A DNA stretch of 64,000 nt from Acidimicrobiales bacterium (GTDB lineage: Bacteria > Actinomycetota > Acidimicrobiia > Acidimicrobiales > Bog-793), in the NCBI GenBank assembly GCA_050015175.1, contig JBEKBX010000003.1, positions 4,104 through 68,103 of the forward strand, written 5' to 3'. The notes under the pieces are model-generated. The model was not told the origin of the DNA, did no database searches, and worked only from the letters and a program-made list of their open reading frames with translations. A program made the position numbers and the translations under genes. Of the stretch, positions 54,739 through 64,000 are shown in pieces (position 1 is the stretch's first letter; each line of letters starts with the position of its first letter).

Positions 54739-55326
54739 TCACGCCGAGGCGCCGCCTTGTTCGGAGGCGAGCTGTGCGATCCGGTGCAGCACCGTGCGAC
54801 GGCGGCGATGGGCCGACTCGTGCTTTCTCACGAGCTCGAGCTCGGCCGCCGTCAGTGACGGCAGTCGCTCCACGACCTGTGACGCGGCCAGCGTGTCGTA
54901 GGCGGGAATGGGGAGCTCACCGCTTTCGCGCTTCGCGGGGCCGGACGATCGAGGTGAGGCTGTCCTGCGGGCGCCCCCGGAGACGGACGGATCGCTTGGA
55001 AAGCCGCTCCGATGAGGGGCCGGTCTGTCTTGGGGCGGGGCCGTCGGCACGATGATGTCGCGCGGGGGCACGCGCTCGTTTGAGAGGTCCCCAGAGCGGT
55101 GAGACTCTCCGCCGAACGGATCGACCGAAAGCGCTCCGAGGCGCCGGCGGGCCTCCTCCACGGCGAACTTGCCGACGAGCCGAGCGACGGCGACCCGCTT
55201 CTCGACGCGCTCGCGCCCCCGTTCGGCGAGCCGGGGAAGCTCGTCGACCAGAACGAGTGCGGCACCGAGCGGCGCGTACACGAAGGCGTCGAGCAGCGTC
55301 TCGTAAGGGGGGCGTTCTTCAGGCAC
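54739..55326 (-). CDS. conserved hypothetical protein
   Basis: 195 aa. Helical N-terminus, Pro/Ser-rich linker, and a C-terminal motif IPAYDTLAASQVVERLPSLTAAELELVRKHE that I recall from actinobacterial hypothetical proteins. Confidence 0.5.
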   Translation of the reverse strand: MPEERPPYETLLDAFVYAPLGAALVLVDELPRLAERGRERVEKRVAVARLVGKFAVEEARRRLGALSVDPFGGESHRSGDLSNERVPPRDIIVPTAPPQDRPAPHRSGFPSDPSVSGGARRTASPRSSGPAKRESGELPIPAYDTLAASQVVERLPSLTAAELELVRKHESAHRRRRTVLHRIAQLASEQGGASA

Positions 55327-55369
55327 GACCCGACGCTACCGCAGGCTCACCCGGGCCCGTCGCGCCCTG

Positions 55370-55864
55370 TCACACGCAGTCTCGGCAAAGAAGCCGCTTC
55401 TTGTCCGCGAGCTGTGTCTGGCTCTTCACAAGAAAGCAAGACCGGCAAACGAACTCCCCCGGTTGCTTGGGCAGCACGCGAAGCGAGCCCTCGCCGCGCT
55501 CCTCGGAGTCGGGAGCCTCCTCCTCTTCGTCCTCCTCGTCGTCGACGACGACGAGTCGCTCCTTCAAGATCACGTCAAGGCTGGCCTCGATGTCGTCGTC
55601 GTCCAGCTCGTCGTCGTCCTCGTCGTCGCTCTCGATAGGCACGATCTCGACTTCCAGTCCGACTCCGCCAGAGCCCACGACATCGTCGTCATCGTCGAGG
55701 TCGTCGACGAGCGCGACCTCACCGAGTTCCTCGTCGTCGTCCTCAAGCAGATCCGCGTCCGCCAGGTCCTCGAGGTCGGCCTCGTCTGCATCAGGCACCT
55801 CGAGATCGTCGACCTCGATGGGTTCTTCCAGGTCTGCCGTGTCCTTGGTGTCCTTGCGCATCAA
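55370..55864 (-). CDS. DUF4193-like acidic protein with C-terminal zinc-ribbon
   Basis: Extremely Asp/Glu-rich body. The C-terminus is PGEFVCRSCFLVKSQTQLADKKRLLCRDC. Confidence 0.65.
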   Translation of the reverse strand: MMRKDTKDTADLEEPIEVDDLEVPDADEADLEDLADADLLEDDDEELGEVALVDDLDDDDDVVGSGGVGLEVEIVPIESDDEDDDELDDDDIEASLDVILKERLVVVDDEEDEEEEAPDSEERGEGSLRVLPKQPGEFVCRSCFLVKSQTQLADKKRLLCRDCV

Positions 55865-56248
55865 CGTCCTTCAAGTTTTCGAAGCCGAGCCCCGCTGACC
55901 TCAACCGCTGCCGAGGTCGCGGCCGGATGGACTATACGGCACCAATGCTTGGTTGCGACGACTTCCGGCGAGATTTCCCCCGACCAGCCAGAACTCCGTG
56001 CTCCGTCATCGGGCGGTAGGACCCAGGACGCCTTTGGGGCCACCCTTCTCGCCTGCCCGGGCGATACGCCGACATCAGGTGTCGACGGGGCGTTCTCTAC
56101 TCGACTCCTGGGTCCCCACCACTCGCAACACCCCCAGATGCTTTTCGAGCAGCTCCCGGATTTCCCAGGCGTTGCCCTCGGCTTGAGGGGACTCTCTAGT
56201 TATTACCACGGCGGGACTGCTAGTCAAGAGGAGAAGAGAACTCCCCCG

Positions 56249-57865
56249 TCACAGGATCGGCGCGGGGCACTCACGCTTGTTCTGCGAGCGTTGCTCCGCC
56301 TCGAGACGGCCGAGATCGGTCTCGCTGTAGTCCACGAAGCTCATCGCGTCGGCGATCGCGCGGTGGCCCGCTTGTTCGGCGATTAGCCGGTGCATCTCTT
56401 GGACGATCTTCCGGTACGCGGGATGGCCCTGGGGGCCGGAGCGCAGTTCGAGGACGTGCATCGCCTCGCGAGCGTTGAGCTGCAACACGAAGCGGATGTT
56501 GAAAGCCAAGGCGACCGCGTACGCGCTCTGCTCCGGAAAGCAAGCCGCAAGGGCTTCGTGGAGGCTCTTCGAGCGTTCGAGCGACTCGAGGAACCGGTCC
56601 GCCAGGCCCGCTGCCTCGACGAGTGGGGGCACCTCGAAGCCGAGCTCGGTACCGAGCCGCTGCCACTCGACGGTGAGCATGCGATGGCGTTGAAGGTCCC
56701 TGAAGGCCCCGTAGTCAGCCACGATGTCGAACCGGTATGAGGTGTACTCCAGAGCTCTTCCGGGGCGGTGGCGACGATTAGAGCGGTCTCCGACGTACGC
56801 CTGGAAGATTCTCCGCCGTTCTTCGGCGCCGAGACCCGATACGTGCCGGGCTACATCTTGCTCCGCGAGGTTCATGTGCGGGTAGCACATCGCCACGAGC
56901 ACCTTGTCCTCGCCCGCCGGGTCGAAGTCGGTGAGGGTCACCGAGCTCCCGGGCGCCGGGACCTCGAGATCCCGCAGCTCGTGCACCGCGGCGTCCATCG
57001 CCTCGCGGCGCGCCTGGAGGTACTCGATCCACACCCCGCCTCGTTCGGGCCGGTCGATTCTGGAGAGGAAGGAAGGGATCACCTTTCGCAGCTCGACGAG
57101 GATGAGGTCGGCGTACCTGCGGGCTTCCGGCAGCGGGTGCGCCCGCATCCTGAGCAGCAGCTGTTCGTAGCTCTGCCCTGAGCCGAAGATCCCCACGTTG
57201 GAGAGTGATCCGGCCGGCAGCAGGCCTCGCAACGCGTCAAGGCAGCGAGCCCGGACCGCCTGACGGTGGGCGAGCTCGGAAACGCCTCCGTGCCTGGGGT
57301 TTTCCCGGCTCACGAACGACTGCAATGCCGGCAGGAGTTCCGCATAGGTGTCGAACATGCGGTCCATCTCTCCCACATAGCGCGCACCGAGAGGTGACTC
57401 CAGGACGGCCGGATCACGGTGGTAGCGGTAGTGCCCCGACGGCAGGCGGCTGTCGTAGGGGATGTAGCGCGTCGACTGCTCGAGGTAGGACATGAGACGG
57501 CCCCGCTCGAGAATCTTGGTCAGCAGGTTCGAGGACTGCTCGCAGGCGAGGTGGACCCCGCCGAGTTGAGCGACCGAGTCGTCCCCGTACTCGCTGAAGA
57601 CCCTGGCGTAGAGCTCCTCGGCGCGCCGCAACCCGACCGAGGCGTCGAGGCTCGTGTCACCGGCCACGTCGAGCTCCTCTACGAACTCGTCGAGGAAGAG
57701 CCGGCGCAGGCTCTTGGAGGACCTCGAGTACCGCGCGAACAGGGCGCCCTTGACGACCTCCGGCAGGTTCACGAGCGCGAACACAGGGCCGTCGAGATTC
57801 GTGAAGTACCTCCCGAGCAGCTCCCGCTCCCCGGCGGTGAACTGCTCAACGCCCGCGATCGACAT
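56249..57865 (-). CDS. double-domain ThyX-like (flavin-dependent thymidylate synthase family) protein
   Basis: 538 aa, about twice ThyX length. FARYSRSS lies in the N-terminal half and FRDLQRHRML in the C-terminal half. It lies 12 nt downstream of helY. Confidence 0.6.
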   Translation of the reverse strand: MSIAGVEQFTAGERELLGRYFTNLDGPVFALVNLPEVVKGALFARYSRSSKSLRRLFLDEFVEELDVAGDTSLDASVGLRRAEELYARVFSEYGDDSVAQLGGVHLACEQSSNLLTKILERGRLMSYLEQSTRYIPYDSRLPSGHYRYHRDPAVLESPLGARYVGEMDRMFDTYAELLPALQSFVSRENPRHGGVSELAHRQAVRARCLDALRGLLPAGSLSNVGIFGSGQSYEQLLLRMRAHPLPEARRYADLILVELRKVIPSFLSRIDRPERGGVWIEYLQARREAMDAAVHELRDLEVPAPGSSVTLTDFDPAGEDKVLVAMCYPHMNLAEQDVARHVSGLGAEERRRIFQAYVGDRSNRRHRPGRALEYTSYRFDIVADYGAFRDLQRHRMLTVEWQRLGTELGFEVPPLVEAAGLADRFLESLERSKSLHEALAACFPEQSAYAVALAFNIRFVLQLNAREAMHVLELRSGPQGHPAYRKIVQEMHRLIAEQAGHRAIADAMSFVDYSETDLGRLEAEQRSQNKRECPAPIL

Positions 57866-57877
57866 GCCCAGACGACA

Positions 57878-60037
57878 TTACGGTGCGGGTTGGCCGCCTG
57901 CGCGGATGGTGCCGTGCTCCACGGGGATGGTGACCACCGACGATGCCGCGACCACATCGCGGAGCAGGCGCTCGGCCCCGGCCCGGGCGCTCTTGGACGT
58001 CTCTGGCCGGGCCGCCACCATCGCTACTTGGCGGAGGAGGTCGATGACCTGCTTCACGTTGCGGACGAAATCGCCTCCAGACATGAGTGGCGCCGCCTTC
58101 CGGCCGCGCCGGCCCGGACCTCCGCCCGGTTGTAGGACCTGACGGAGGTCCCGACCCCTCGCCCACTCGTAGATGAGCGCGGCGAACCCGGTGTCGACTC
58201 CCCGCGTCACGGGCAGGTGCGCGCTCTTCTCCTCCTCGGAGAGAGCCTCGGAGAGCTGCTCGATCGCTTCCAGACGCCGGGCCACCTTGGCGTTCGGTGC
58301 GGGGAGTGGAGCCTCGCGCTCGCGCCGTGCCTCATAGCACAGGCCCGAGGTGACGGCGGCGAGGCTCGCCGGGTCGAGACCGTCGAGATGTCCCGCTTCC
58401 AGCGACTCGGCGACGAGCAGGTCGGCCTCGTGATAAAGGCCTGCGAGCCGTCCCCCGGCCTCGGTGATCCTCCACCCCTCCAGGTAGCCGCGCCGCTCGA
58501 GCACCCCGAGGACGGAGTCGAGCTCTCCCACGAGGTCCTCGTCGGTCAGGAACTGGGCGAACGACGAGCTCACGAGGGTGTAAGCGGCCTCGCGACTGTG
58601 ACGGCGGACGAGGTTGACCGCAAGGTTGTAGGTCGGGCGGAACGAGGACGACAGCGCCCGTGGGCGCCCGCCCGCGATCCGGGCCACGTCGCCGAAGCTG
58701 TGGAACGGAGAGCAGACGACCGCTGCATAACCGATGTCGTCGATGCCCCGCCTGCCGGCGCGGCCCGTCAGCTGGGTGTACTCCCCGGGGGTCAGTTCCT
58801 GGTGACCCCTGCCGCCGAACTTGGTCACCTCTTCGATCACCACGGACCTCGCCGGCATGTTGATGCCCAGAGCGAGCGTCTCGGTGGCGAAGACGACCTT
58901 GACGAGAGCCTCCGCGAAGCAGGCCTCCACCGCCTCCCGGAACGGCGGCACCATGCCCGCGTGATGGGCGGCCACTCCCGCCTCGAGGCCGGCCGCGTAG
59001 ACCGGATAGCCGAGCACCGCGAGGTCGTCATCGGTCAGCGGATCGACGTAGGACTCCACGATCGCGCGTATCCGACGCTGCTCTTCGGGCGTGGTCAGGC
59101 GCAGGCCGTCGACCAGGCAATGCCTGACCGACTCGTCGCAGCCGGCGCGTGAGAACACGAAGTAGATCGCCGGCAGGAGGCGTTCGGCGGCGAGCCGGTC
59201 GACGACCTCGACCCGCCGTGGGCGGTACAGCTGTGGGCGCGCAGGGCGCGACCTGACTCCTGCCGCGCCCGGTGTCCCCGCCCCTCCCGGCCCGGCCCGG
59301 CCGGCACCCCTGCGCCCCGTCCCCGCACGGGCCATCAGGCCGTCGAGCCTGACGGCCTCCGGGTTCGGCCGGCCGTCGACGAAGGTAGGCAGGAGTTGGA
59401 TGTGCTCGGAAGAGCGGTCCCCCACCACGAAGAGGTTCTTCAGCTCGACGGGCCGGTGCGACTCGATCACCACGCCGGTGGTGCCACGGACCTCGGAGAT
59501 CCATGCCGCGAGCTGATCGGCGTTCGCGACCGTCGCGGACAGGCACACCAGGGTCACGTTCGAGGGCGCGCCGAGAATGACCTCCTCCCAGACCCCGCCC
59601 CGGTACGGGTCCTGGAGGAAGTGAACCTCGTCCAGCACCACATAACGCAGGTCCGCAAGACGGCCCGGCTCCGCGTGGATCATGTTGCGAAGCACTTCGG
59701 TCGTCATGACGACGATCGGAGCCTGACCGTTGATCGAGTTGTCCCCCGTCAAAAGACCAACCCGATCGGCGCCGTACTTGCGCCGGAAATCCCCGTACTT
59801 CTGGTTGGACAGGGCCTTTATCGGCGTCGTGTAGAAGACCTTCGCCCCCTCTTGCAAGGCGAGATGCACCGCGTACTCGGCGACGACCGTCTTCCCTGAG
59901 CCTGTAGGCGCACTGACGAGGACCGACTGGCCGTCGTCGAGAAGCTCGATGGCGTCGAGCTGGAACCTGTCAAGGGGGTAGGGATGCTCCGCGACGAACT
60001 GCTCGCGGGACGCGACACCGGCGCTAGGCGCCTTCAT
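57878..60037 (-). CDS. helY: Ski2-like DEVH-box RNA helicase HelY
   Basis: APTGSGKT, VVLDEVHFLQD, and a C-terminal arch/DSHCT-like region. Trimmed to ATG 60037, because the longer ORF overlaps tatC. Confidence 0.8.
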   Translation of the reverse strand: MKAPSAGVASREQFVAEHPYPLDRFQLDAIELLDDGQSVLVSAPTGSGKTVVAEYAVHLALQEGAKVFYTTPIKALSNQKYGDFRRKYGADRVGLLTGDNSINGQAPIVVMTTEVLRNMIHAEPGRLADLRYVVLDEVHFLQDPYRGGVWEEVILGAPSNVTLVCLSATVANADQLAAWISEVRGTTGVVIESHRPVELKNLFVVGDRSSEHIQLLPTFVDGRPNPEAVRLDGLMARAGTGRRGAGRAGPGGAGTPGAAGVRSRPARPQLYRPRRVEVVDRLAAERLLPAIYFVFSRAGCDESVRHCLVDGLRLTTPEEQRRIRAIVESYVDPLTDDDLAVLGYPVYAAGLEAGVAAHHAGMVPPFREAVEACFAEALVKVVFATETLALGINMPARSVVIEEVTKFGGRGHQELTPGEYTQLTGRAGRRGIDDIGYAAVVCSPFHSFGDVARIAGGRPRALSSSFRPTYNLAVNLVRRHSREAAYTLVSSSFAQFLTDEDLVGELDSVLGVLERRGYLEGWRITEAGGRLAGLYHEADLLVAESLEAGHLDGLDPASLAAVTSGLCYEARREREAPLPAPNAKVARRLEAIEQLSEALSEEEKSAHLPVTRGVDTGFAALIYEWARGRDLRQVLQPGGGPGRRGRKAAPLMSGGDFVRNVKQVIDLLRQVAMVAARPETSKSARAGAERLLRDVVAASSVVTIPVEHGTIRAGGQPAP

Positions 60038-60059
60038 GCGCTCCTTAGGGGTGAGGCGG

Positions 60060-60836
60060 TCACTTGCCCAGCAGCTTGCCGATGACGATGGACGCCTCGT
60101 AGAACAACAGCAGCGGGATCGCGAGGGCAAGCATCGAGAACGGGTCCGAGCTCGGGGTCACGATCGCCGCGAACAGCACCATCCCGATGATCGCCCACCG
60201 CCGCCACCTCGACAGCTTCGCCGGGGTGAGCACTCCTGCTAGCTCGAGCGCGACTAGCACCACAGGAAACTCGAAAGTCACCCCGAAGGCAACCATCAGC
60301 AACAAGATCAGCTGCACGTAGGAGTTCGGCGACAAGATGGCGATGATGGTCTTGCTGGGGCCGCTCACGTCCAGCAGGAACCTCATCGCGTGGGGGAAGG
60401 TGAGGTAGGCCACGAAGGCGCCGAGCGCGAACAGGCCGGCCGTGGCGAAGGTGAACGGGAGGGCGTACCTCTTCTCGTTGGCTTTGAGGCCAGGCGTGAC
60501 GAACTTCCAGAGCTGGAACAGCGTGACGGGCAGGGCGATCAGGAGGCCGCCGTAGGCGGACACGTTGAGGCGCAGGCCGAAGCCCTGCAGGGGCTGGGTG
60601 ACGTAGAACATGCAGTGGCGGCCTGTGTGGGTCACCGCCTGGCAGTACGGCCTCTGCAGCACGGCCAGGATCTGGTCGTAGAGAACGTAGGTGACAACGG
60701 CGCCGACCGCGATCGCGCACATGCAGATGATGAGGCGGCGGCGCAGCTCTCCGAGATGCTCGCTGAGCGTCATGGCGTCCGGGTTCGGACGCTCTCTCCT
60801 GGCGCGGAGCCTTGCAACCCTCGCTGGTGCGGCCAT
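60060..60836 (-). CDS. tatC: twin-arginine translocase subunit TatC
   Basis: HL.ELRRRL N-terminus and six TM segments with typical TatC spacing. Confidence 0.85.
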   Translation of the reverse strand: MAAPARVARLRARRERPNPDAMTLSEHLGELRRRLIICMCAIAVGAVVTYVLYDQILAVLQRPYCQAVTHTGRHCMFYVTQPLQGFGLRLNVSAYGGLLIALPVTLFQLWKFVTPGLKANEKRYALPFTFATAGLFALGAFVAYLTFPHAMRFLLDVSGPSKTIIAILSPNSYVQLILLLMVAFGVTFEFPVVLVALELAGVLTPAKLSRWRRWAIIGMVLFAAIVTPSSDPFSMLALAIPLLLFYEASIVIGKLLGK

Positions 60837-60839
60837 CGC

Positions 60840-61352
60840 TCAGTTCATGCTCGGCTCGTCGAACACGAACACCGTGTCGGCGGCAAGCGAGCCCGACGAT
60901 GACGACGAGGGCATCGACGGTGGCCTACGGGCCGACGACGAGTCCTGCCTCGCGAGCAGGGGCTGCCAGCTCGATTGGGCCTCCTCCTGGTCGGCGTAGG
61001 TGAGCCGGGACACCCTCCTGCCCCGGCCGGAGACTGCGCCCGCGGCCCCGTACGCGGGCTCGGCTACCGCCTCCTCGACGCCAGGGGCGGCGCTCGCGAC
61101 CGAGCTGTCCTGTCCTGAGACCAGCCCGGTCAAGTAGCCGGTTATCGCCCGCGAGGGGCTGGTCGGGATGTTCGGGAGGTCGAGGTCAGGGACAGCGGCG
61201 CGGACCTCCGCCTCGAACTTCTCCCGCATCCGGTTCAGCTCGCGCCACGTTCCGCCCAGCTGTCGCGCCAGTCCGGGCAACCTCTCGGGGCCGACAACGA
61301 TGAGCGCGATCACGAGGATCAGGAAAATTTTGGTCGGGTCGAGGCCGCCCAT
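60840..61352 (-). CDS. TatA/TatB-family Sec-independent translocase subunit with long C-terminal tail
   Basis: N-terminus MGGLDPTKIFLILVIALIVVGPERLP followed by an amphipathic helix. At 170 aa it is more TatB-like in length. Confidence 0.7.
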   Translation of the reverse strand: MGGLDPTKIFLILVIALIVVGPERLPGLARQLGGTWRELNRMREKFEAEVRAAVPDLDLPNIPTSPSRAITGYLTGLVSGQDSSVASAAPGVEEAVAEPAYGAAGAVSGRGRRVSRLTYADQEEAQSSWQPLLARQDSSSARRPPSMPSSSSSGSLAADTVFVFDEPSMN

Positions 61353-61522
61353 GACGGGGATCCTACTGTGCTGCCGGCCCTACGACCGGGCGGCGCCGGG
61401 TCGCGGTCATGAGCCCGACTGGAATAGCGCCTCTCCCGCGGCGGCGCCAGCCGCGATTCTCATGGCTAGCGGAGGTCGATGGCCCACCCCGGGGTGCCCC
61501 GGGCGCGCCAGGCGCGACCACG

Positions 61523-62233
61523 TCAGAACCAGTGGAAGTACGGGTGCCCGAAACGCCACACGGTGACGAACACCCTCCCGACCACGAGCGAGCCCGGCAG
61601 CGTCCCCCAGACCCGGCTGTCGGCCGAGTCGCCCCGACAGTCGCCCATCACGAAGTAGTGCCCCGGCGCGATCTTGGTGCGGGGGATGTTCTCCGCGCTC
61701 TCGGCGCAGATGCCGGTGAGGCGGGGCAGCCAGGGTTCCGCCAGCGGCCGGCCGTTGATGAGGACCGTGTTCCCACGGGACGAGATCGTCTCGCCGGGCA
61801 GGCCGATGACACGCTTGACAAGGTCTTTGTCCGTGGTACCGGCATCGGCTGGAGGCCGCTTGAACACGACGATGTCGCCACGGTGGATCGTGTAGCCGAG
61901 CTTGATCACGACGATGCGATCGCCGATCTGCAGCGTCGGCAGCATCGAGCCCGAGGGTACATAGAAGGCCTGGACGACGAAGGTGCGCAGTGCGCCTGCG
62001 ACGAGCACCGCGAAGACGACGACGACGGCCCACTCGATGACTCGTCGCCTCCTGCCGGGCCTCCTGCTCGATCGCGCGGGCGCGGCGCGGGGCGGCCCGG
62101 CGGTGGGCTCCGGCGGCTCCGTGAGTCGGACTTGAGCCGCGCCGTCCCCGACGGAAGGGAACTCCGGCGCCAGTCGAGCGGAGGGTTCTCCGAAATTGTC
62201 CGCGTTCATTGAAGCCTCGCGCGCGTCATTCAC
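61523..62233 (-). CDS. lepB: signal peptidase I
   Basis: Box B VPSGSMLPTL, box D GDCRGDSADSR, a TM anchor, and an Arg/Pro-rich N-terminal extension. Confidence 0.85.
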   Translation of the reverse strand: MNDAREASMNADNFGEPSARLAPEFPSVGDGAAQVRLTEPPEPTAGPPRAAPARSSRRPGRRRRVIEWAVVVVFAVLVAGALRTFVVQAFYVPSGSMLPTLQIGDRIVVIKLGYTIHRGDIVVFKRPPADAGTTDKDLVKRVIGLPGETISSRGNTVLINGRPLAEPWLPRLTGICAESAENIPRTKIAPGHYFVMGDCRGDSADSRVWGTLPGSLVVGRVFVTVWRFGHPYFHWF

Positions 62234-62244
62234 GATCCTGCAGC

Positions 62245-63639
62245 CTAAATCGACTCGATGAGCCGCTCGACGCGCTCGTCGTGCGAGCGGAACGGATCCT
62301 TCAAAAGGACCGTCCGCTGAGTCTGGTCGTTCAGCTTCAGGTGCACCCAGTCAACTGTGAAATCGCGCCGCTTCTCCTTCGCTCGTTTGATGAATTCGCC
62401 CCGGAGCCGCGCGCGGGTGGTCGACGGCGGTGAGTCCATGGCCTTGGTGATGGCCTCGTCGGTGGTCATGCGGTCCACGCGACCTCTCGCCTGCAGCAGA
62501 TAGAACACCCCGCGGCGGCGATCGACGTCGTGGTACTGAAGGTCCAACAAGGCCACCCGGGGATGCCCGAGAGGAAGCTCGTGACGCGCCTGATAAGCCT
62601 CGACCAGGCGGTACTTGATCACCCAGTCGCACTCGCGTTCGAGGCTGAGCGGGTCCTTCTCGATTGCCTCCATGCAGTGCTGCCACATCGACAGGGCTCG
62701 CTCTTCAAGCGGAGGCAGGCCGCGCAGCTCGTGATAGCGAAGTGCCCGGTCCAGGTACTCGCGTTGGATGTCGAGGGCGCTGAGCTCCCGCCCGTTCGCC
62801 AAGCGGACCTCGCGCCGGCACGTGATGTCGTGACTGATCTCCCGGATGGCCCTGATGGGGTCCTCCAGCGTGAGATCGCGGATGACGACGCTCGGGTCCT
62901 CGAGCATACGCAGCAGGATGCTTGTCGCCCCGACCTTGAGAAATGTGGCGTACTCGCTCATGTTCGAGTCACCGACGATGACGTGCAGCCGTCTGAAGCG
63001 CTCCGCGTCGGCGTGGGGCTCGTCCCGCGTGTTGATGATCGGCCGACTGCGCGTCGTCGCCGACGAGACCCCCTCCCAGATGTGCTCGGCCCGCTGGCAA
63101 AGACAGAAGGTCGCTCCGCGAGCTGTCTGGAGAACTTTGCCCGCTCCGGAGTAGATCTGCCGGCTCACGAAGAACGGGATGAGAACCTGGACAAAGTGCG
63201 AGAAGTCGTCCCTGCGGCTTGTGAGGTAATTCTCATGGCAGCCGTAGGAGTTGCCCGCGGAGTCGGTGTTGTTCTTGAACAGGTAGATCACTCCGCGTAT
63301 GCCCTCTTCGCTCAGGCGGGTCTCCGCCGAGGCGATCAGGCCTTCGAGGATCCGTTCACCCGCCTTGTCGTGCGCGACCAGGTCCTCGATCGAGTCGCAT
63401 TCCGGGGTCGCGTACTCGGGATGGCTGCCGACGTCGAGGTACAGCCTCGCCCCGTTCTCGAGGAACACGTTGCTCGAACGTCCCCAGCTCACGACGCGCC
63501 TGAACAGGTAGCGGGCCACCTCGTCCGGGCTCAGCCGACGCTGGCCGCGAAGCGTGCAAGTGACGCCGTACTCGTTCTCGAGCCCGAAGATCCTGCGGTC
63601 CACCGAAGTCCACGGTAGCCTCGAAGTGGATGCAGCCAT
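62245..63639 (-). CDS. pafA: Pup--protein ligase PafA
   Basis: Near-collinear with my recollection of mycobacterial PafA: [98 protein letters not shown] 63639 or GTG 63603 is the start. Confidence 0.9.
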   Translation of the reverse strand: MAASTSRLPWTSVDRRIFGLENEYGVTCTLRGQRRLSPDEVARYLFRRVVSWGRSSNVFLENGARLYLDVGSHPEYATPECDSIEDLVAHDKAGERILEGLIASAETRLSEEGIRGVIYLFKNNTDSAGNSYGCHENYLTSRRDDFSHFVQVLIPFFVSRQIYSGAGKVLQTARGATFCLCQRAEHIWEGVSSATTRSRPIINTRDEPHADAERFRRLHVIVGDSNMSEYATFLKVGATSILLRMLEDPSVVIRDLTLEDPIRAIREISHDITCRREVRLANGRELSALDIQREYLDRALRYHELRGLPPLEERALSMWQHCMEAIEKDPLSLERECDWVIKYRLVEAYQARHELPLGHPRVALLDLQYHDVDRRRGVFYLLQARGRVDRMTTDEAITKAMDSPPSTTRARLRGEFIKRAKEKRRDFTVDWVHLKLNDQTQRTVLLKDPFRSHDERVERLIESI

Positions 63640-63647
63640 CCGACCGC

Positions 63648-64000
63648 ATGGTCCACTTGACCACTGTTGTGGGCTCGTTTCACGGCCACGTGCTCGCAGC
63701 GCGACTGGGATCGGAGGGGATCCCGGTGGAACTTCGCGGCCTGAGCGACGGTCCTTACCCGCTTCCGGCAAACGTCGCGGTCTTCGTCCACGCCGACCAG
63801 CTCGAGATCGCTCAAGCGCTCCTGCTCGCCGACGCCGTCGACGCGGCGTTCGACGACCGCTATGACGACCTCGGCCCCGATGATCCAGGATTGCTGGACC
63901 TGCCCCCGGTGGATCTCGACGATAGGTTCCGTCCTCGCCGGGCCCGAACCATTCTGGTGCTCACGATGGTCGCCCTCGTGCTTGTGGTCGGCGTCATCGC
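63648..64000 (+). CDS. hypothetical protein, 3' end outside window
   Basis: ATG 63648 opens a stop-free, high-GC3 frame to the window end ([31 protein letters not shown]...[17 protein letters not shown]). It is not in the track because it has no stop. Confidence 0.5.
   Translation, partial: MVHLTTVVGSFHGHVLAARLGSEGIPVELRGLSDGPYPLPANVAVFVHADQLEIAQALLLADAVDAAFDDRYDDLGPDDPGLLDLPPVDLDDRFRPRRARTILVLTMVALVLVVGVI

Noticed and set aside
55865-56248. 6C-RNA-like element, suggested by C-rich stretches
   Set aside because: I could not fold the two C-rich stretches into the paired stem-loops with C-rich loops that characterise 6C RNA. Left as a low-interest item to scan with Rfam.
60037-60130. N-terminal extensions of several track ORFs: helY to 60130, htrA to 52255, the DEAD helicase to 49020, nagA to 106, asparaginase to 20203, choice-of-anchor-D to 32599
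   Set aside because: The extensions overlap neighbouring genes or encode Arg/Pro-rich junk. Internal starts restore family-typical N-termini and usually have a Shine-Dalgarno.

Overview
High-GC actinobacterial chromosome segment. Core lines I hand-counted were about 60-70% G+C. Coding is dense on both strands, and many long antisense ORFs in the track are GC artefacts.

Left third: nagA, a secreted G1 (eqolisin-type) peptidase, an FG-GAP repeat lipoprotein and an orphan PAS-GAF histidine kinase. These are followed by the conserved actinobacterial block pgsA-like / ManC-like / gcvH / FHA (GarA-like) / MerR (FtsR-like) / hpt / bifunctional nuclease / MerR / gcvT / gcvPA / gcvPB.

Middle: a c-di-GMP gene cluster with a degenerate-EAL-GAF-GGDEF protein, a PAS-HD-GYP protein and two tandemly duplicated PAS-GGDEF-EAL genes. 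Next comes a lower-GC accessory island of about 12.5 kb (roughly 32.5-45.0 kb). It carries:
- a secreted choice-of-anchor-D-like protein
- a GT-C-like membrane protein and a YfhO-like membrane protein
- a triplicated small zinc-ribbon gene cassette with its own upstream repeat motifs
- a translationally coupled pSAM2-type Rep module without integrase
- a PAS-LuxR regulator
- a 1.2-kb ORF-poor patch with the lowest GC in the window
A fragment of a ROK-kinase 3' end marks the left island edge.

Right third: housekeeping and accessory enzymes (RumA-like methyltransferase, PIG-L deacetylase, F420/DDN-type oxidoreductase, thioesterase), a DEAD-box helicase fused to a cold-shock domain, HtrA and an Arg/Pro-repeat protein. 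It ends with a collinear minus-strand array pafA-lepB-tatA-tatC-helY-(double-domain ThyX-like).

I recognised no rRNA, tRNA or CRISPR array. The best candidate for something undescribed is the island, and within it the zinc-ribbon cassettes paired with GTCACG-type repeats next to the envelope GT-C genes. All functional calls rest on motif recognition by eye and need database confirmation.
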